Shown: piece after piece, positions 46,779 to 55,706 of the stretch | Numbering within the stretch: position 1 is the stretch's first letter | How the letters are laid out: each line of letters starts with the position of its first letter | DNA from: Candidatus Cloacimonadota bacterium | Lineage (GTDB): Bacteria > Cloacimonadota > Cloacimonadia > Cloacimonadales > TCS61 | Length of the DNA stretch: 64,000 nucleotides | Assembly: GCA_021734245.1 (NCBI GenBank) | Contig: JAIPJH010000005.1 | Location: 2,606-66,605 of the forward strand | Reading direction: 5' to 3' | The notes under the pieces: model-generated | Told to the model about the DNA's origin: nothing | The model's database searches: none | What the model saw: only the letters and a program-made list of their open reading frames with translations | Translations under genes and position numbers: made by a program

Positions 46779-48309
46779 TTTCTTTCGAACCTCCCATTTT
46801 TACAAACCAGCTTTAGCGGGATTAATAATGGGACTCAGCCGCCTTCCGATCCATCTGGGTTTTCTTGTATTCTTCGGTTTTATCCCACTTTTTTCCTGGT
46901 TTTCGGAAAACCGTTCCTACAAAAAACAGATCCAGGCCGGCATCGTTTTTGCCGTAGTTTATACTCTCGTGTCTCTGCACTGGATCAGCCTGGTAACTTT
47001 GGGTGGTTTTTTTGGTCTTTTCATTTTGTTTGGATTCTATTTTTCGCTACTTTTTATTCTTATAAATTTAGTCTGGAACTATTTTTCCAAGCTGAGATTT
47101 CTCTCATTTCTCTGTTCGTGGATGGCTTTTGAATATTTACAGAATTTTGGTGAATTCAGATTTCCCTGGTTTAATATCGGCTATTCTTTAGCAGATTATC
47201 TTCCTTTTATTCAAATTGCCGAAATTGGTGGTATTTACCTGATCTCAGTTTTCATTATTTCCGTCAGTTTTCTGCTCTGGAAAATGAATTCGAATTTCAA
47301 GCAGAATTTTATAATATTAAGTATTTTAATGACTTTATGGGCTGGATTTGGAATTTTACGCTTGAATACTTTGAAGATTGAAGAAACCAATACTAAAATT
47401 TCCTTGGTTCAAGCCAGCATTCCCCAGGAAATGAAATGGCAGGATTCGTTTAAAGATACAACTGTGGAAAGATATACAAAGTTGACAAAGCAAGCCGCAG
47501 AGCAGCATCCAGATATGATCATCTGGCCGGAATCGGCACTTCCGGTTTATACCCTCAAAAGTCGCGTTCATAAAAATCTTGTTCAAAAGCTGGCTAATGA
47601 AATAGATGCTGATATTTTTATGGGAATGCCGCATTATGAATTTGCCGGAAAATCACATCCTGGAGGAGAACGTTATTATTATTATAATGCAGCTACCCGT
47701 TTTGGCAAAACTGGCAAGATCGATGCTTATTATGTGAAGAATATTCTGGTTCCCTTTGGCGAGAGAATGCCCTTTTTAAAATTTCTACCGTTTTTATGGA
47801 ATGTTCATCTGGGGCAGGCAAACTGGGAATACGGTACGAAACAAGAATTTTACAAAGTTGAGGATTATACTTATTCTCCGCTGATCTGCTTTGAAATTGC
47901 TTTTGAAGAGTTAACAACAAAAATGGCTAAACATGGTGTAGATTTTATCGTCAATATTACTAACGATGCCTGGTTCCGACGTTCTGCCGGAACGTATCAG
48001 CATGCAGTGATGACCAAAATTCGAGCTGTGGAAACTCGCCGTTCTATTTATCGTTGCGCAAATACTGGTTTTTCTATGATCGTTTCTCCCACCGGAGAAG
48101 TTTTGCAGCAATCCAATTTATTCGAGCAGACGATCCTTTCCAATAATTTGTTACTATGTACTCAAAATTCTTTCTTTACAGAATATTTCTGGTGGTTTCC
48201 AATTGTTTTTGTGTTTGGAGCAGGTATAATGCTAATTTGGATAATCGTGAAAAAGAAACTTAAATTCAAGAAAAGTGAACAGAATGATCCTGTGATCTTG
48301 TCTGAATGA
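46765..48309 (+). CDS. lnt: apolipoprotein N-acyltransferase
   Basis: Multi-TM N-terminal half plus a CN-hydrolase domain with WPE, KN.LVPFGE and ICFE motifs. Confidence 0.9.
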   Translation: MKFANFFRTSHFYKPALAGLIMGLSRLPIHLGFLVFFGFIPLFSWFSENRSYKKQIQAGIVFAVVYTLVSLHWISLVTLGGFFGLFILFGFYFSLLFILINLVWNYFSKLRFLSFLCSWMAFEYLQNFGEFRFPWFNIGYSLADYLPFIQIAEIGGIYLISVFIISVSFLLWKMNSNFKQNFIILSILMTLWAGFGILRLNTLKIEETNTKISLVQASIPQEMKWQDSFKDTTVERYTKLTKQAAEQHPDMIIWPESALPVYTLKSRVHKNLVQKLANEIDADIFMGMPHYEFAGKSHPGGERYYYYNAATRFGKTGKIDAYYVKNILVPFGERMPFLKFLPFLWNVHLGQANWEYGTKQEFYKVEDYTYSPLICFEIAFEELTTKMAKHGVDFIVNITNDAWFRRSAGTYQHAVMTKIRAVETRRSIYRCANTGFSMIVSPTGEVLQQSNLFEQTILSNNLLLCTQNSFFTEYFWWFPIVFVFGAGIMLIWIIVKKKLKFKKSEQNDPVILSE

Positions 48310-48316
48310 GAATAAA

Positions 48317-48661
48317 ATGAGTAAATTTTATTATACGATCGGTGAAGTTTGTAATTTGCTGGACCTGAAAGCGCATGTTCTGCGTTATTGGGAAAAGGAA
48401 TTTCCACAGGTAAAGCCACGCAAAAGATTGGGTCGAAATCGCCGTTACACACCGGAAGATATCGAGCTTTTAAAAAAAATTAAACACATGCTTTATGAGC
48501 AGCGACTTACAATCGAAGGTGCTCGTAAAAAACTGAAGGTAGTAAAAAAACAACCAAACCAGATTGAACTTGATTTTACAGTCGATAAGAATGAAGTGAA
48601 GAAAAAGATAATCAGAGAATTGAAGGAAGTAAAAGAGATTTTGGAAAGACACGAAGATTAG
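48317..48661 (+). CDS. MerR family transcriptional regulator
   Basis: YYTIGEVCNLLDLKAHVLRYWEKEF helix-turn-helix. Confidence 0.8.
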   Translation: MSKFYYTIGEVCNLLDLKAHVLRYWEKEFPQVKPRKRLGRNRRYTPEDIELLKKIKHMLYEQRLTIEGARKKLKVVKKQPNQIELDFTVDKNEVKKKIIRELKEVKEILERHED

Positions 48662-48674
48662 TAGCTGTGAAGGA

Positions 48675-48716
48675 AATAAAGAAAATTCTTAAATTTGACT
48701 CTCCCCGTGGCAGAGC
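48675..48716. repeat. dispersed repeat, copy 2 (see 4934-4975)
   Basis: AATAAAGAAAATTCTTAAATTTGACTCTCCCCGTGGCAGAGC. Confidence 0.85.
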
Positions 48717-49025
48717 CAAGGGGTATTTCGCCAAATTTATTTCAGCAAGCTGAAAATCGAATTTTCATTATTTACCCCTCTCCGGCACACGCCGGATCTC
48801 CCCTCAAACAGGGGAGAAAATTTGGAAAATCCCGATGCAGAGCAACGAGAAATTCTTTCGATTAATTCTGAACTTATCGAAAATTTTGAGTAACTCTACG
48901 AACTTCAACTGTTTGGATATTCCGAACAGTTTCAAACAATTTAACTATTTCCATTTTGGAAACAGTTCAAAATGAAGGCAGCAGACAGGTGAAGAGGAAC
49001 ATTGAATACTACAACCTGGATGCAG

Positions 49026-50279
49026 TTATTTCAGCAGCAGCATTTTTCCTTTATAAATATGTTTATTTTCGGTCCTGATTGAATAAAAATACATTCCACT
49101 TGAAACTGGTTTTCCTCTGTCGTCAGTTCCATTCCAGGTGAGGGAACCTGTGTGACTTTGGGAAGGGTTGACGGGGAGAGTTTTCACTTTCTGCCCTTTC
49201 AGATTGTAAATTTCAATTCGTGATAATTCGTGTGAATTCGCCTGCCTGCTCGTAGCATTGCGAAGACTGGTGATTTCAAAATATATCGTTGTACTTGGAT
49301 TGAATGGATTTGGATAAACCTTGAATTTTACTGGTTCTGTTTCCAGTTCATCATCAATTGATACTTCTTCCGGAATAAATACAATTCTGAAACCAAAGTC
49401 AAAATAGCTGTGATCCTGATAATTTCGGGATCGCTGGACAGCAGAAACTTGTGAAATTGGACTCATCCAACCGGCTCCACGAATCACTTTTCTTATTCCG
49501 TTATCGGGTCCAGTCGGATCAATTTGGCAAGCAATAGAATATTCATCGAACCAGTCATTACACCATTCCCAGACATTTCCGCAAAATTCAGAACAACCCA
49601 GTTCACTGTCTCCGTTCGGTGAATAAATTCCCACTTCTGCTAAACCTCCAATTCCCAGGCCAAAACAATTCACTCTGGTAGAATCCGGCGGTTCATTTCC
49701 CCAGGGATAAAAGCGCTGGTCATTATATCTTGCAGCATATTCCCATTCGGCTTCAGTTGGAAGTCTGAATCCACTTTCAGAATAGATCTGGCACTGCCAC
49801 GAATTCAGGTCATATAACTCAGAAAACCCATGAATCCGACTAAGAATATTGCAATAAAATGCTGCTCCGTACCAGGTCAGCTCCACAACAGGAAACTGCT
49901 CCATTCCCGCTGAAAAAACAAATTCAAACCCAGTGAAATCTATCATACATGTATTTGAATCAAGATCTAAGAGTTCCTGTTGATCACCATTTAGATTTTT
50001 CACACTTTCTTCTGGAATTATCAGTAATTCTTCTTCGGATAGAGCATAGTTCAAGACATCACAGAATTCCAAAACAGTAATCTCAAATCTGCCAATTTCA
50101 AAATTGTTGGTAAGTGTTACAGGATGTTCAATTAATCCTAAACTGTCAGCACCCATCACAAAGCTTCCAGCTGGTATTTCGATCATTTCCGGTGTTTGAC
50201 CCGCCAAAGGCGAACAAACCAGAATGATCAAAGCCAAAGCTACAATCTTCCTACTTTTTTCAATCATTATCAAATTCAT
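49026..50279 (-). CDS. formylglycine-generating enzyme (SUMF1/FGE) family domain protein, T9SS cargo
   Basis: GFRLPTEAEWEYAAR, NVWEWCNDWF and RGAGW motifs. C-terminal VYPNPFNPSTTIYF...SGMYFYSI. Confidence 0.8.
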   Translation of the reverse strand: MNLIMIEKSRKIVALALIILVCSPLAGQTPEMIEIPAGSFVMGADSLGLIEHPVTLTNNFEIGRFEITVLEFCDVLNYALSEEELLIIPEESVKNLNGDQQELLDLDSNTCMIDFTGFEFVFSAGMEQFPVVELTWYGAAFYCNILSRIHGFSELYDLNSWQCQIYSESGFRLPTEAEWEYAARYNDQRFYPWGNEPPDSTRVNCFGLGIGGLAEVGIYSPNGDSELGCSEFCGNVWEWCNDWFDEYSIACQIDPTGPDNGIRKVIRGAGWMSPISQVSAVQRSRNYQDHSYFDFGFRIVFIPEEVSIDDELETEPVKFKVYPNPFNPSTTIYFEITSLRNATSRQANSHELSRIEIYNLKGQKVKTLPVNPSQSHTGSLTWNGTDDRGKPVSSGMYFYSIRTENKHIYKGKMLLLK

Positions 50280-50367
50280 ATTTTGATGAATGAAATGATG
50301 ATCGTTTTTGTGTCAATTGTTTCAGAAATTATTTGCCAGAACTGGTAGAGAATTTATTTGTTCACAT

Positions 50368-51327
50368 ATGAAGAATAAAGAAAAAATTTTAACAAACATC
50401 ATCGATTGGGCAGAGACGATCGACCAGATCAAAGTGATCATTCTGGAAGGCTCACTGGCTGCCGGTGAAGAAAAGGATGAGTTATCCGATTTCGATATCA
50501 ATCTTTTTGTGGAAGACACTGAGCAATTCCTGCAAAATGATGAGTGGTTCACACAATTCGATGAAATCGTCGTTTTTCAAAAAGAGAGAACTTTTTATCG
50601 AGATACATTCATTCGCACGAGATTGGTGATCTACCAAAATTCCCGCAGAGTAGATTTTTCGCTGTGGCCGGTTTCAATTCTGGAAAGCTGGATAAAGAAT
50701 CAGGAATTGCCGGAATTTTACAAAAACGGCTATGAAATTTTATTAGATAAATTGAATATTGCAGACAACTTAACCAAACCTTCTTACGATGGTTACCCGG
50801 TAACTAAACCTTCAAAAGATGTTTTCCTGCAAACGATCTACAACTTCTATTTCGAAGCTGCTATCATTGCCAAATATCTGTCTCGAGGAAATCTCTGGTT
50901 TGCCTGCAAACTTTCAAATGGACCGATCAAATATTTTCTGCAGCAGATGATAATCTGGCAGGCAGCAGAAAAAGCAAATTGGAATCTGCAGGGAATGAAC
51001 AGTCTGGGCAAAAATCTGGAAGAGAAGATATCTGCAGATATTATTCAAAAATTGCACAAAACTTTCTCAAAGTATGATTTAAATGATTGCTGGAAAAGCC
51101 TGTTTTTTATGATTGAAATGTTTGATGAGATTTCCAAGAAATTATCAGTAAAATTTGAAATTGAATATCCTGATAAAAAGATTGGAAAAGTAATGAATTA
51201 TATCAATAAAATTAAATCTCGTCACGCAGATCAGGCTACCGAAAAATCAATAAACTGTTGCAAGAGCTGCGAAAATAAAAGTTTCGCAGCGGAAGCAATG
51301 AAACAAGAAAGAAGTGAAAAACAATAA
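50368..51327 (+). CDS. aminoglycoside 6-adenylyltransferase (ANT(6)/AadK)-like nucleotidyltransferase
   Basis: The N-terminus IKVIILEGSLA...LSDFDINLFVED, and the overall layout, resemble AadK as I remember it. The C-terminal ~35 aa look repeat- or hairpin-derived. Confidence 0.6.
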   Translation: MKNKEKILTNIIDWAETIDQIKVIILEGSLAAGEEKDELSDFDINLFVEDTEQFLQNDEWFTQFDEIVVFQKERTFYRDTFIRTRLVIYQNSRRVDFSLWPVSILESWIKNQELPEFYKNGYEILLDKLNIADNLTKPSYDGYPVTKPSKDVFLQTIYNFYFEAAIIAKYLSRGNLWFACKLSNGPIKYFLQQMIIWQAAEKANWNLQGMNSLGKNLEEKISADIIQKLHKTFSKYDLNDCWKSLFFMIEMFDEISKKLSVKFEIEYPDKKIGKVMNYINKIKSRHADQATEKSINCCKSCENKSFAAEAMKQERSEKQ

Positions 51328-51346
51328 TCAATTCAGTAACCACTTG

Positions 51347-51371
51347 TGTCATCCTGAGCGAAGTCGAAGGA
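51347..51371 (+). repeat. 25-nt dispersed repeat TGTCATCCTGAGCGAAGTCGAAGGA, copy A
   Basis: Identical to the reverse complement of 63072-63096. Related sequences are at 58956-58978 and 19489-19527. Confidence 0.85.
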
Positions 51372-51393
51372 CGGTTATGAAAAAAGGAAGAAA

Positions 51394-51840
51394 ATGATAA
51401 AATATACATCGGAAATTAATAATTTAAAACCCGAAATGCTGACCGGATTTTTCGTTGGCTGGCCAAATTCGCCTTCCCCCAAAAAGCATTATGAAATCCT
51501 GCAATACAGTTACAAGTTTTTGGCAGCAGTTGAAGATGGAAAAGTGCTTGGATTTATCAATGCAATATCGGATGGAGTTCAGGCGGCTTATATTCCGCTG
51601 TTAGAAGTTTTGCCGGAATATCAGGGAAAGGGAATTGGCCGGAAACTGGTGGAATTGATGCTGGAAGAATTGAAGGAATTTTATATGATCGATCTGGTTT
51701 GTGATGAAAAAATGACAGGTTTTTACAATAAATTTGGCTTGCAGAAATTTACCGCAATGGGAGTTAGAAATATGGAGAAACAGAATGGAGAATGTAGTGA
51801 ACTTCGGCAAACTGCATCACATAGAGATCTACGTGGATGA
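51394..51840 (+). CDS. GNAT family N-acetyltransferase
   Basis: QGKGIGRKLVELMLEEL acetyl-CoA motif. The 3' end overlaps the next gene. Confidence 0.8.
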   Translation: MIKYTSEINNLKPEMLTGFFVGWPNSPSPKKHYEILQYSYKFLAAVEDGKVLGFINAISDGVQAAYIPLLEVLPEYQGKGIGRKLVELMLEELKEFYMIDLVCDEKMTGFYNKFGLQKFTAMGVRNMEKQNGECSELRQTASHRDLRG

Positions 51841-52192
51841 TCTGCAAAAGACAAAAGAATTCTGGAGCTGGTTTTTATCAGAATTAGGTTACAGAAAATT
51901 TCAGATTTGGGAAAGCGGAATCAGCTTCAAGCTGGCAGAAACTTATATCGTTTTTGTGCAGACCGAAGAGAGATATCGAGACGTAAAATATCATCGCTGC
52001 CGTTCCGGCTTGAATCATCTGGCCTTTCATGGTTCCAGCAGAGAATCCGTAGATGATTTAACGGCAAAACTGCGAGCAAAGGGAATCAGAATTTTGTATG
52101 AAGATCGCCATCCATTTGCCGGAGGAACAGATTATTATGCAGTATTTTTTGAAGATCCGGACAGGATGAAGGTGGAAGTGGTGGCGGATTAA
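51785..52192 (+). CDS. VOC family (glyoxalase/bleomycin-resistance fold) protein
   Basis: KLHHIEIYVDDL start of the betaalphabetabetabeta module, LNHLAF, and DPDRMKVEVV at the C-terminus. Confidence 0.75.
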   Translation: MENVVNFGKLHHIEIYVDDLQKTKEFWSWFLSELGYRKFQIWESGISFKLAETYIVFVQTEERYRDVKYHRCRSGLNHLAFHGSSRESVDDLTAKLRAKGIRILYEDRHPFAGGTDYYAVFFEDPDRMKVEVVAD

Positions 52193-52326
52193 CCAATAAT
52201 CTGCGTACAATTGGGTTCAATTATATTCACATAGCTCCGGCTGCCAGTTCTTAATACTTCCTGCAGCAGGAGCTGCCCAAGATCAGCATTTCACAGCGGG
52301 AGCTGTGAAACGAGGATAAGGAAAAT

Positions 52327-52557
52327 ATGAAGAAAAAGAAAATAGAGCTTTCCCAAGAACAAAGAGAAAAGATTATCGAAGAAATTATCAGTTTCTTTTA
52401 CAATGAACGAAATGAAGAAATCGGTGAGCTGGCAGCTATTTTACTATTGGATTTCTTTACGAAAAAAATTGGTCCGTTCTTCTATAATGAAGGAATTAAA
52501 GATGCTATTAAATTCATGCAGGAACGCGTGGAAGATATGTTTGGATTGGAGATCTGA
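52327..52557 (+). CDS. DUF2164 domain protein
   Basis: 76 aa; EEIGELAAILLLDFF...IGPFFYNEGIKDA matches my memory of the DUF2164 pattern. Confidence 0.6.
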   Translation: MKKKKIELSQEQREKIIEEIISFFYNERNEEIGELAAILLLDFFTKKIGPFFYNEGIKDAIKFMQERVEDMFGLEI

Positions 52558-52682
52558 AATTTGTTTATTTCCTGAGTTTTAATTTCAGACAAAAAGCCGG
52601 ATCGCTTTTACGACCCGGCCTGTTTGAGGAGAACGCACGTCAGTTTTCAGTATTTATTTCCCTTACTTAAGTGCATTTTATG

Positions 52683-53189
52683 CTACTTATCTTCCTTGCA
52701 ATGTTCCATTTTCTTGTTTTGCATCTTCCTGTTTTGATGTCCCATCATTCTCATTTCTTTTGCTTCTTCCTGCTGTTCAGGAGTTAGTTCATTCCACACA
52801 TCTTCGTGATGATCGATCTTAGCTAAAGCTATATCTTTCTTCCGATCATAAATTTTATCAGTCAGCTTTTTTACTTTTGCAAAATCCTGATCCATCATGG
52901 CTGTTTTTTTATCGACTTGCAGGATTTTCTCATCAGCGTGTAACTGAATCATTTTCTTATCATGAGCTATTTTGAGTTCATCGATCTTGTCTTTTTGTGC
53001 ATCAGTCAAATCCAGATTTTCACACAACATTCCCATTGGATTTCCCATGCCATGATGCTGCATTTCCTGGTTCATCATCTTTTGATTTTTTCTACCTTGC
53101 CAGCCATTTCTTTCGCCCATTCCATCAAATGCTGCCAATGCAGCTGCAATTCCTACTACTAATACCAGTGTTACAATTATTCTCTTCAT
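52683..53189 (-). CDS. periplasmic Spy/CpxP family protein (LTXXQ motifs)
   Basis: Signal peptide; LDLTDAQKDKI and LTPEQQEEAKEM; His/Met-rich stretches. The ATG is preceded by GGAGG. Confidence 0.7.
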   Translation of the reverse strand: MKRIIVTLVLVVGIAAALAAFDGMGERNGWQGRKNQKMMNQEMQHHGMGNPMGMLCENLDLTDAQKDKIDELKIAHDKKMIQLHADEKILQVDKKTAMMDQDFAKVKKLTDKIYDRKKDIALAKIDHHEDVWNELTPEQQEEAKEMRMMGHQNRKMQNKKMEHCKEDK

Positions 53190-53291
53190 TTCTTCCTCCA
53201 TTTTTTTTCTTTTTTTTGGGTAAATTGTTCAATTTACTGAGTTCGGAATTATTGAACATTTCCAACTTTTCACTTCTATTTTTGGTAAATA

Positions 53292-53732
53292 TTAAAACTT
53301 ATTCTTTATTTTTCTACCCGGGTGTCTTTCAAAACGTCTTTCATGCATCTGCATTTGTCCAAATATCCGTTTAGCCTCTTCAGCACTCATTTTTTTCCGA
53401 AGCTCGATCATAGATTTTCCGATCTCAGTTTCCATTTCCATGTGTTTTTCTACACTTATTCGCATCATTTCCAAAGCTTTTTCTTCTTGAAAATCAGGAG
53501 CGACGAGAGATTTTAGGAAATCTTTTTTACTTTCGGTAAATTCTCTGCCGCATACCTGTAATTCATCTCTTTTTTCATAGAAAAACTGCCTGGCTGGCGG
53601 TCTCATTTCGTGGGGATGGATAGCCGCACGAGGAAAAGGTGCAAAGAAAAACCTGTAAGCAAAACCACCCAGAAAAGCAAGATTGAATGCCAGCGATATG
53701 AGCAGCAGGTATTTTATGTTTCGCGTTTGCAT
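53292..53732 (-). CDS. membrane-anchored periplasmic protein (heavy-metal-sensor / Spy-like)
   Basis: N-terminal TM helix, helical C-terminal region, placed after the anti-sigma gene. ATG/TAA overlap of 1 nt with the upstream gene. Confidence 0.4.
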   Translation of the reverse strand: MQTRNIKYLLLISLAFNLAFLGGFAYRFFFAPFPRAAIHPHEMRPPARQFFYEKRDELQVCGREFTESKKDFLKSLVAPDFQEEKALEMMRISVEKHMEMETEIGKSMIELRKKMSAEEAKRIFGQMQMHERRFERHPGRKIKNKF

Positions 53733-54157
53733 TATTCTTCTCCTTCAAAAAAACTGTAAAGAGTCTCTTCTCCAAAATTGAAAACACTGCTGCTGGCTGT
53801 TGTGGAATTATCAGGAAATGATTTTTGATAAGTAACGTCTGCCAGAAGAATTCCAATTAAAAAGGAAATTGCCATCGAAGCTGCGATGGAAAAGCTGACA
53901 ATTCTTTTACCGAACCAGTAATGTTTTGTTTCCATTTCTTGTACAGTAGCCAGAATTCTCTGATTCAAGTATTCTGGAACTTCTTCTTCTTCATATTTAT
54001 CCAGGAAAGAACTCAAGTTTGTGATCTCGCGTAAATTCTGCTGGCAAGCCGAGCAGCTTTTCAAATGCTTTTGAATTTCTTCAAATTCATTTTTAGAAAG
54101 CTCACCGTCGGCATAAGCATTCAATTTATGCGAATATCTGCATTCTTTCTTCTTCAT
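53732..54157 (-). CDS. anti-sigma factor (zf-HC2 type)
   Basis: C..H...ADGEL......H...C..C pattern (CRYSHKLNAYADGELSKNEFEEIQKHLKSCSACQ) and one TM helix. Confidence 0.8.
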   Translation of the reverse strand: MKKKECRYSHKLNAYADGELSKNEFEEIQKHLKSCSACQQNLREITNLSSFLDKYEEEEVPEYLNQRILATVQEMETKHYWFGKRIVSFSIAASMAISFLIGILLADVTYQKSFPDNSTTASSSVFNFGEETLYSFFEGEE

Positions 54158-54710
54158 TTTTCTCACCTCTGCTTTTAAAGACTTTTTTTCGCTTCATTTC
54201 CTGCGAAATTATTTTTTTTAGTTTTCGTTTGGCACGTACCAACCTGCTATCCACTGCCTTTTCTGTTGTTTCTAAAACTTTTGCAATTTCTCTGTAACTC
54301 ATTTTCTGATAAAACTGCATCTCCAATATGGTAGCATATTTTTGTGGCAGTTGGGAAAATGCTGACTTAAGAATTTCAATATTTTTATTATTTATTTCTG
54401 CTTCTTTTTCTCCGGCAGGAAGATGCTCCATCTCAGAATAATTGATAGAATGTTTATCGCGTTTTTTTCTTTTTTTGATAAGGTTTAGAGCTCTGTTGTG
54501 AGCAGTTCTATAAAGATAGGAAACATGAGCTTCCTGGCTGATCGTTTCCATTTTTTTGTAAAAGGCAACAAAGGTTTCCTGCAAAATGTCTTCAGCATCT
54601 TCGCGGTTGCGCAGAATTTTGAGAAGGTAGTTGAATATCTTCTTATTTTGCTTCCGCAATATCTGCTCGAAACTGCTTCTCTCCATTTCCCTCAAACCTT
54701 TTTTAATCAT
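54126..54710 (-). CDS. ECF sigma-70 family RNA polymerase sigma factor
   Basis: Region 2 EDAEDILQETFVAFYKK...YLYRTAHNRALNLIKK. Region 4 MSYREIAKVLETTEKAVDSRLVRAKRKL. Confidence 0.9.
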   Translation of the reverse strand: MIKKGLREMERSSFEQILRKQNKKIFNYLLKILRNREDAEDILQETFVAFYKKMETISQEAHVSYLYRTAHNRALNLIKKRKKRDKHSINYSEMEHLPAGEKEAEINNKNIEILKSAFSQLPQKYATILEMQFYQKMSYREIAKVLETTEKAVDSRLVRAKRKLKKIISQEMKRKKVFKSRGEKNEEERMQIFA

Positions 54711-54872
54711 TCTCTATCATATTTCTCACTTGCTATTCTATATGACAATAAATAAATTTTTTCCTGTGGAAAAACAAAATATTTTTTCTCCCAATAAAAT
54801 TCCTTGCCAGATGAAAGCTTACATTTTTTTTTGTCCAACCTGATGAAAATTAAGTGATTAGGAAGGTGAATT

Positions 54873-55064
54873 ATGTCGAAAGTTTGTGATATTTGCGGCA
54901 AAGGCGCACAGGTTGGAAACAACCGAAGTCATGCTTTGAACGCCACAAAAAGAAAATTCTATCCTAACCTTCAGAAAATGAAGGCAGAGATAGATGGCAA
55001 AGTAAAAAAAGTAAGAGTTTGCTCTACTTGCATCAAAAGCAACAAAGTAAAAAAAGTTGTATAA
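54873..55064 (+). CDS. rpmB: 50S ribosomal protein L28
   Basis: [34 protein letters not shown]. Confidence 0.95.
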   Translation: MSKVCDICGKGAQVGNNRSHALNATKRKFYPNLQKMKAEIDGKVKKVRVCSTCIKSNKVKKVV

Positions 55065-55111
55065 TTTTAAGTTATAATAAAGAAAGACCCTTTGCGGAAC
55101 TTTATTCTATT

Positions 55112-55138
55112 AAAGACCCAGTAGCGGTCTTTTTTTTT
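55112..55138 (+). terminator. intrinsic terminator
   Basis: Stem AAAGACC/GGTCTTT followed by a T-run. Confidence 0.75.
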
Positions 55139-55210
55139 ATGCTCAAAAAAATCCTTTACGATAAAATCAGAAAATCTGAAATTTGTATTAAATAAACAGC
55201 GGAGTGTAAT

Positions 55211-55693
55211 ATGGAACTTAGATTAGAAAAAATCGATTTCCCGGAAGATTGCAATATCATTTTCGGAATGTCACACTTCATTAAAACAGTAGAAGATTTG
55301 TATGAAGCCTTGGTAAATTCTGTACCCGGGATCAAATTTGGAATGGCTTTTAACGAAGCTTCCGGTCCCTGCCTGGTTCGCAAGGAAGGAACCGACAATG
55401 AATTGATGGGAATCGCGGTGGAAAATCAGAGAAGAATTGGTGCTGGTCACACTTTTCTTATCGTGATGCGAAATGCTTTTCCTATCAACGTGCTGCCGGC
55501 TGTAAAATCTTGTCGAGAAGTTGTGAACATCTGGTGTGCAACTGCAAATCCGGTTCAGGTAATTCTGGCAGAAACCGATCAAGGTCGTGGTGTTTTGGGA
55601 GTTGTAGACGGATTTTCTCCAAAAGGAATAGAGCTGGATACCGACATCACAAATCGCAAAAAATTCCTGCTGGATATCGGTTACAAAAGATAA
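55211..55693 (+). CDS. adenosine-specific kinase family (PF04008-like) protein
   Basis: [13 protein letters not shown]...[20 protein letters not shown]...GAGHTF...NAFPINVL...CATANP matches my memory of this family. Confidence 0.55.
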   Translation: MELRLEKIDFPEDCNIIFGMSHFIKTVEDLYEALVNSVPGIKFGMAFNEASGPCLVRKEGTDNELMGIAVENQRRIGAGHTFLIVMRNAFPINVLPAVKSCREVVNIWCATANPVQVILAETDQGRGVLGVVDGFSPKGIELDTDITNRKKFLLDIGYKR

Positions 55694-55706
55694 TCTGAAA
55701 TTCTGA

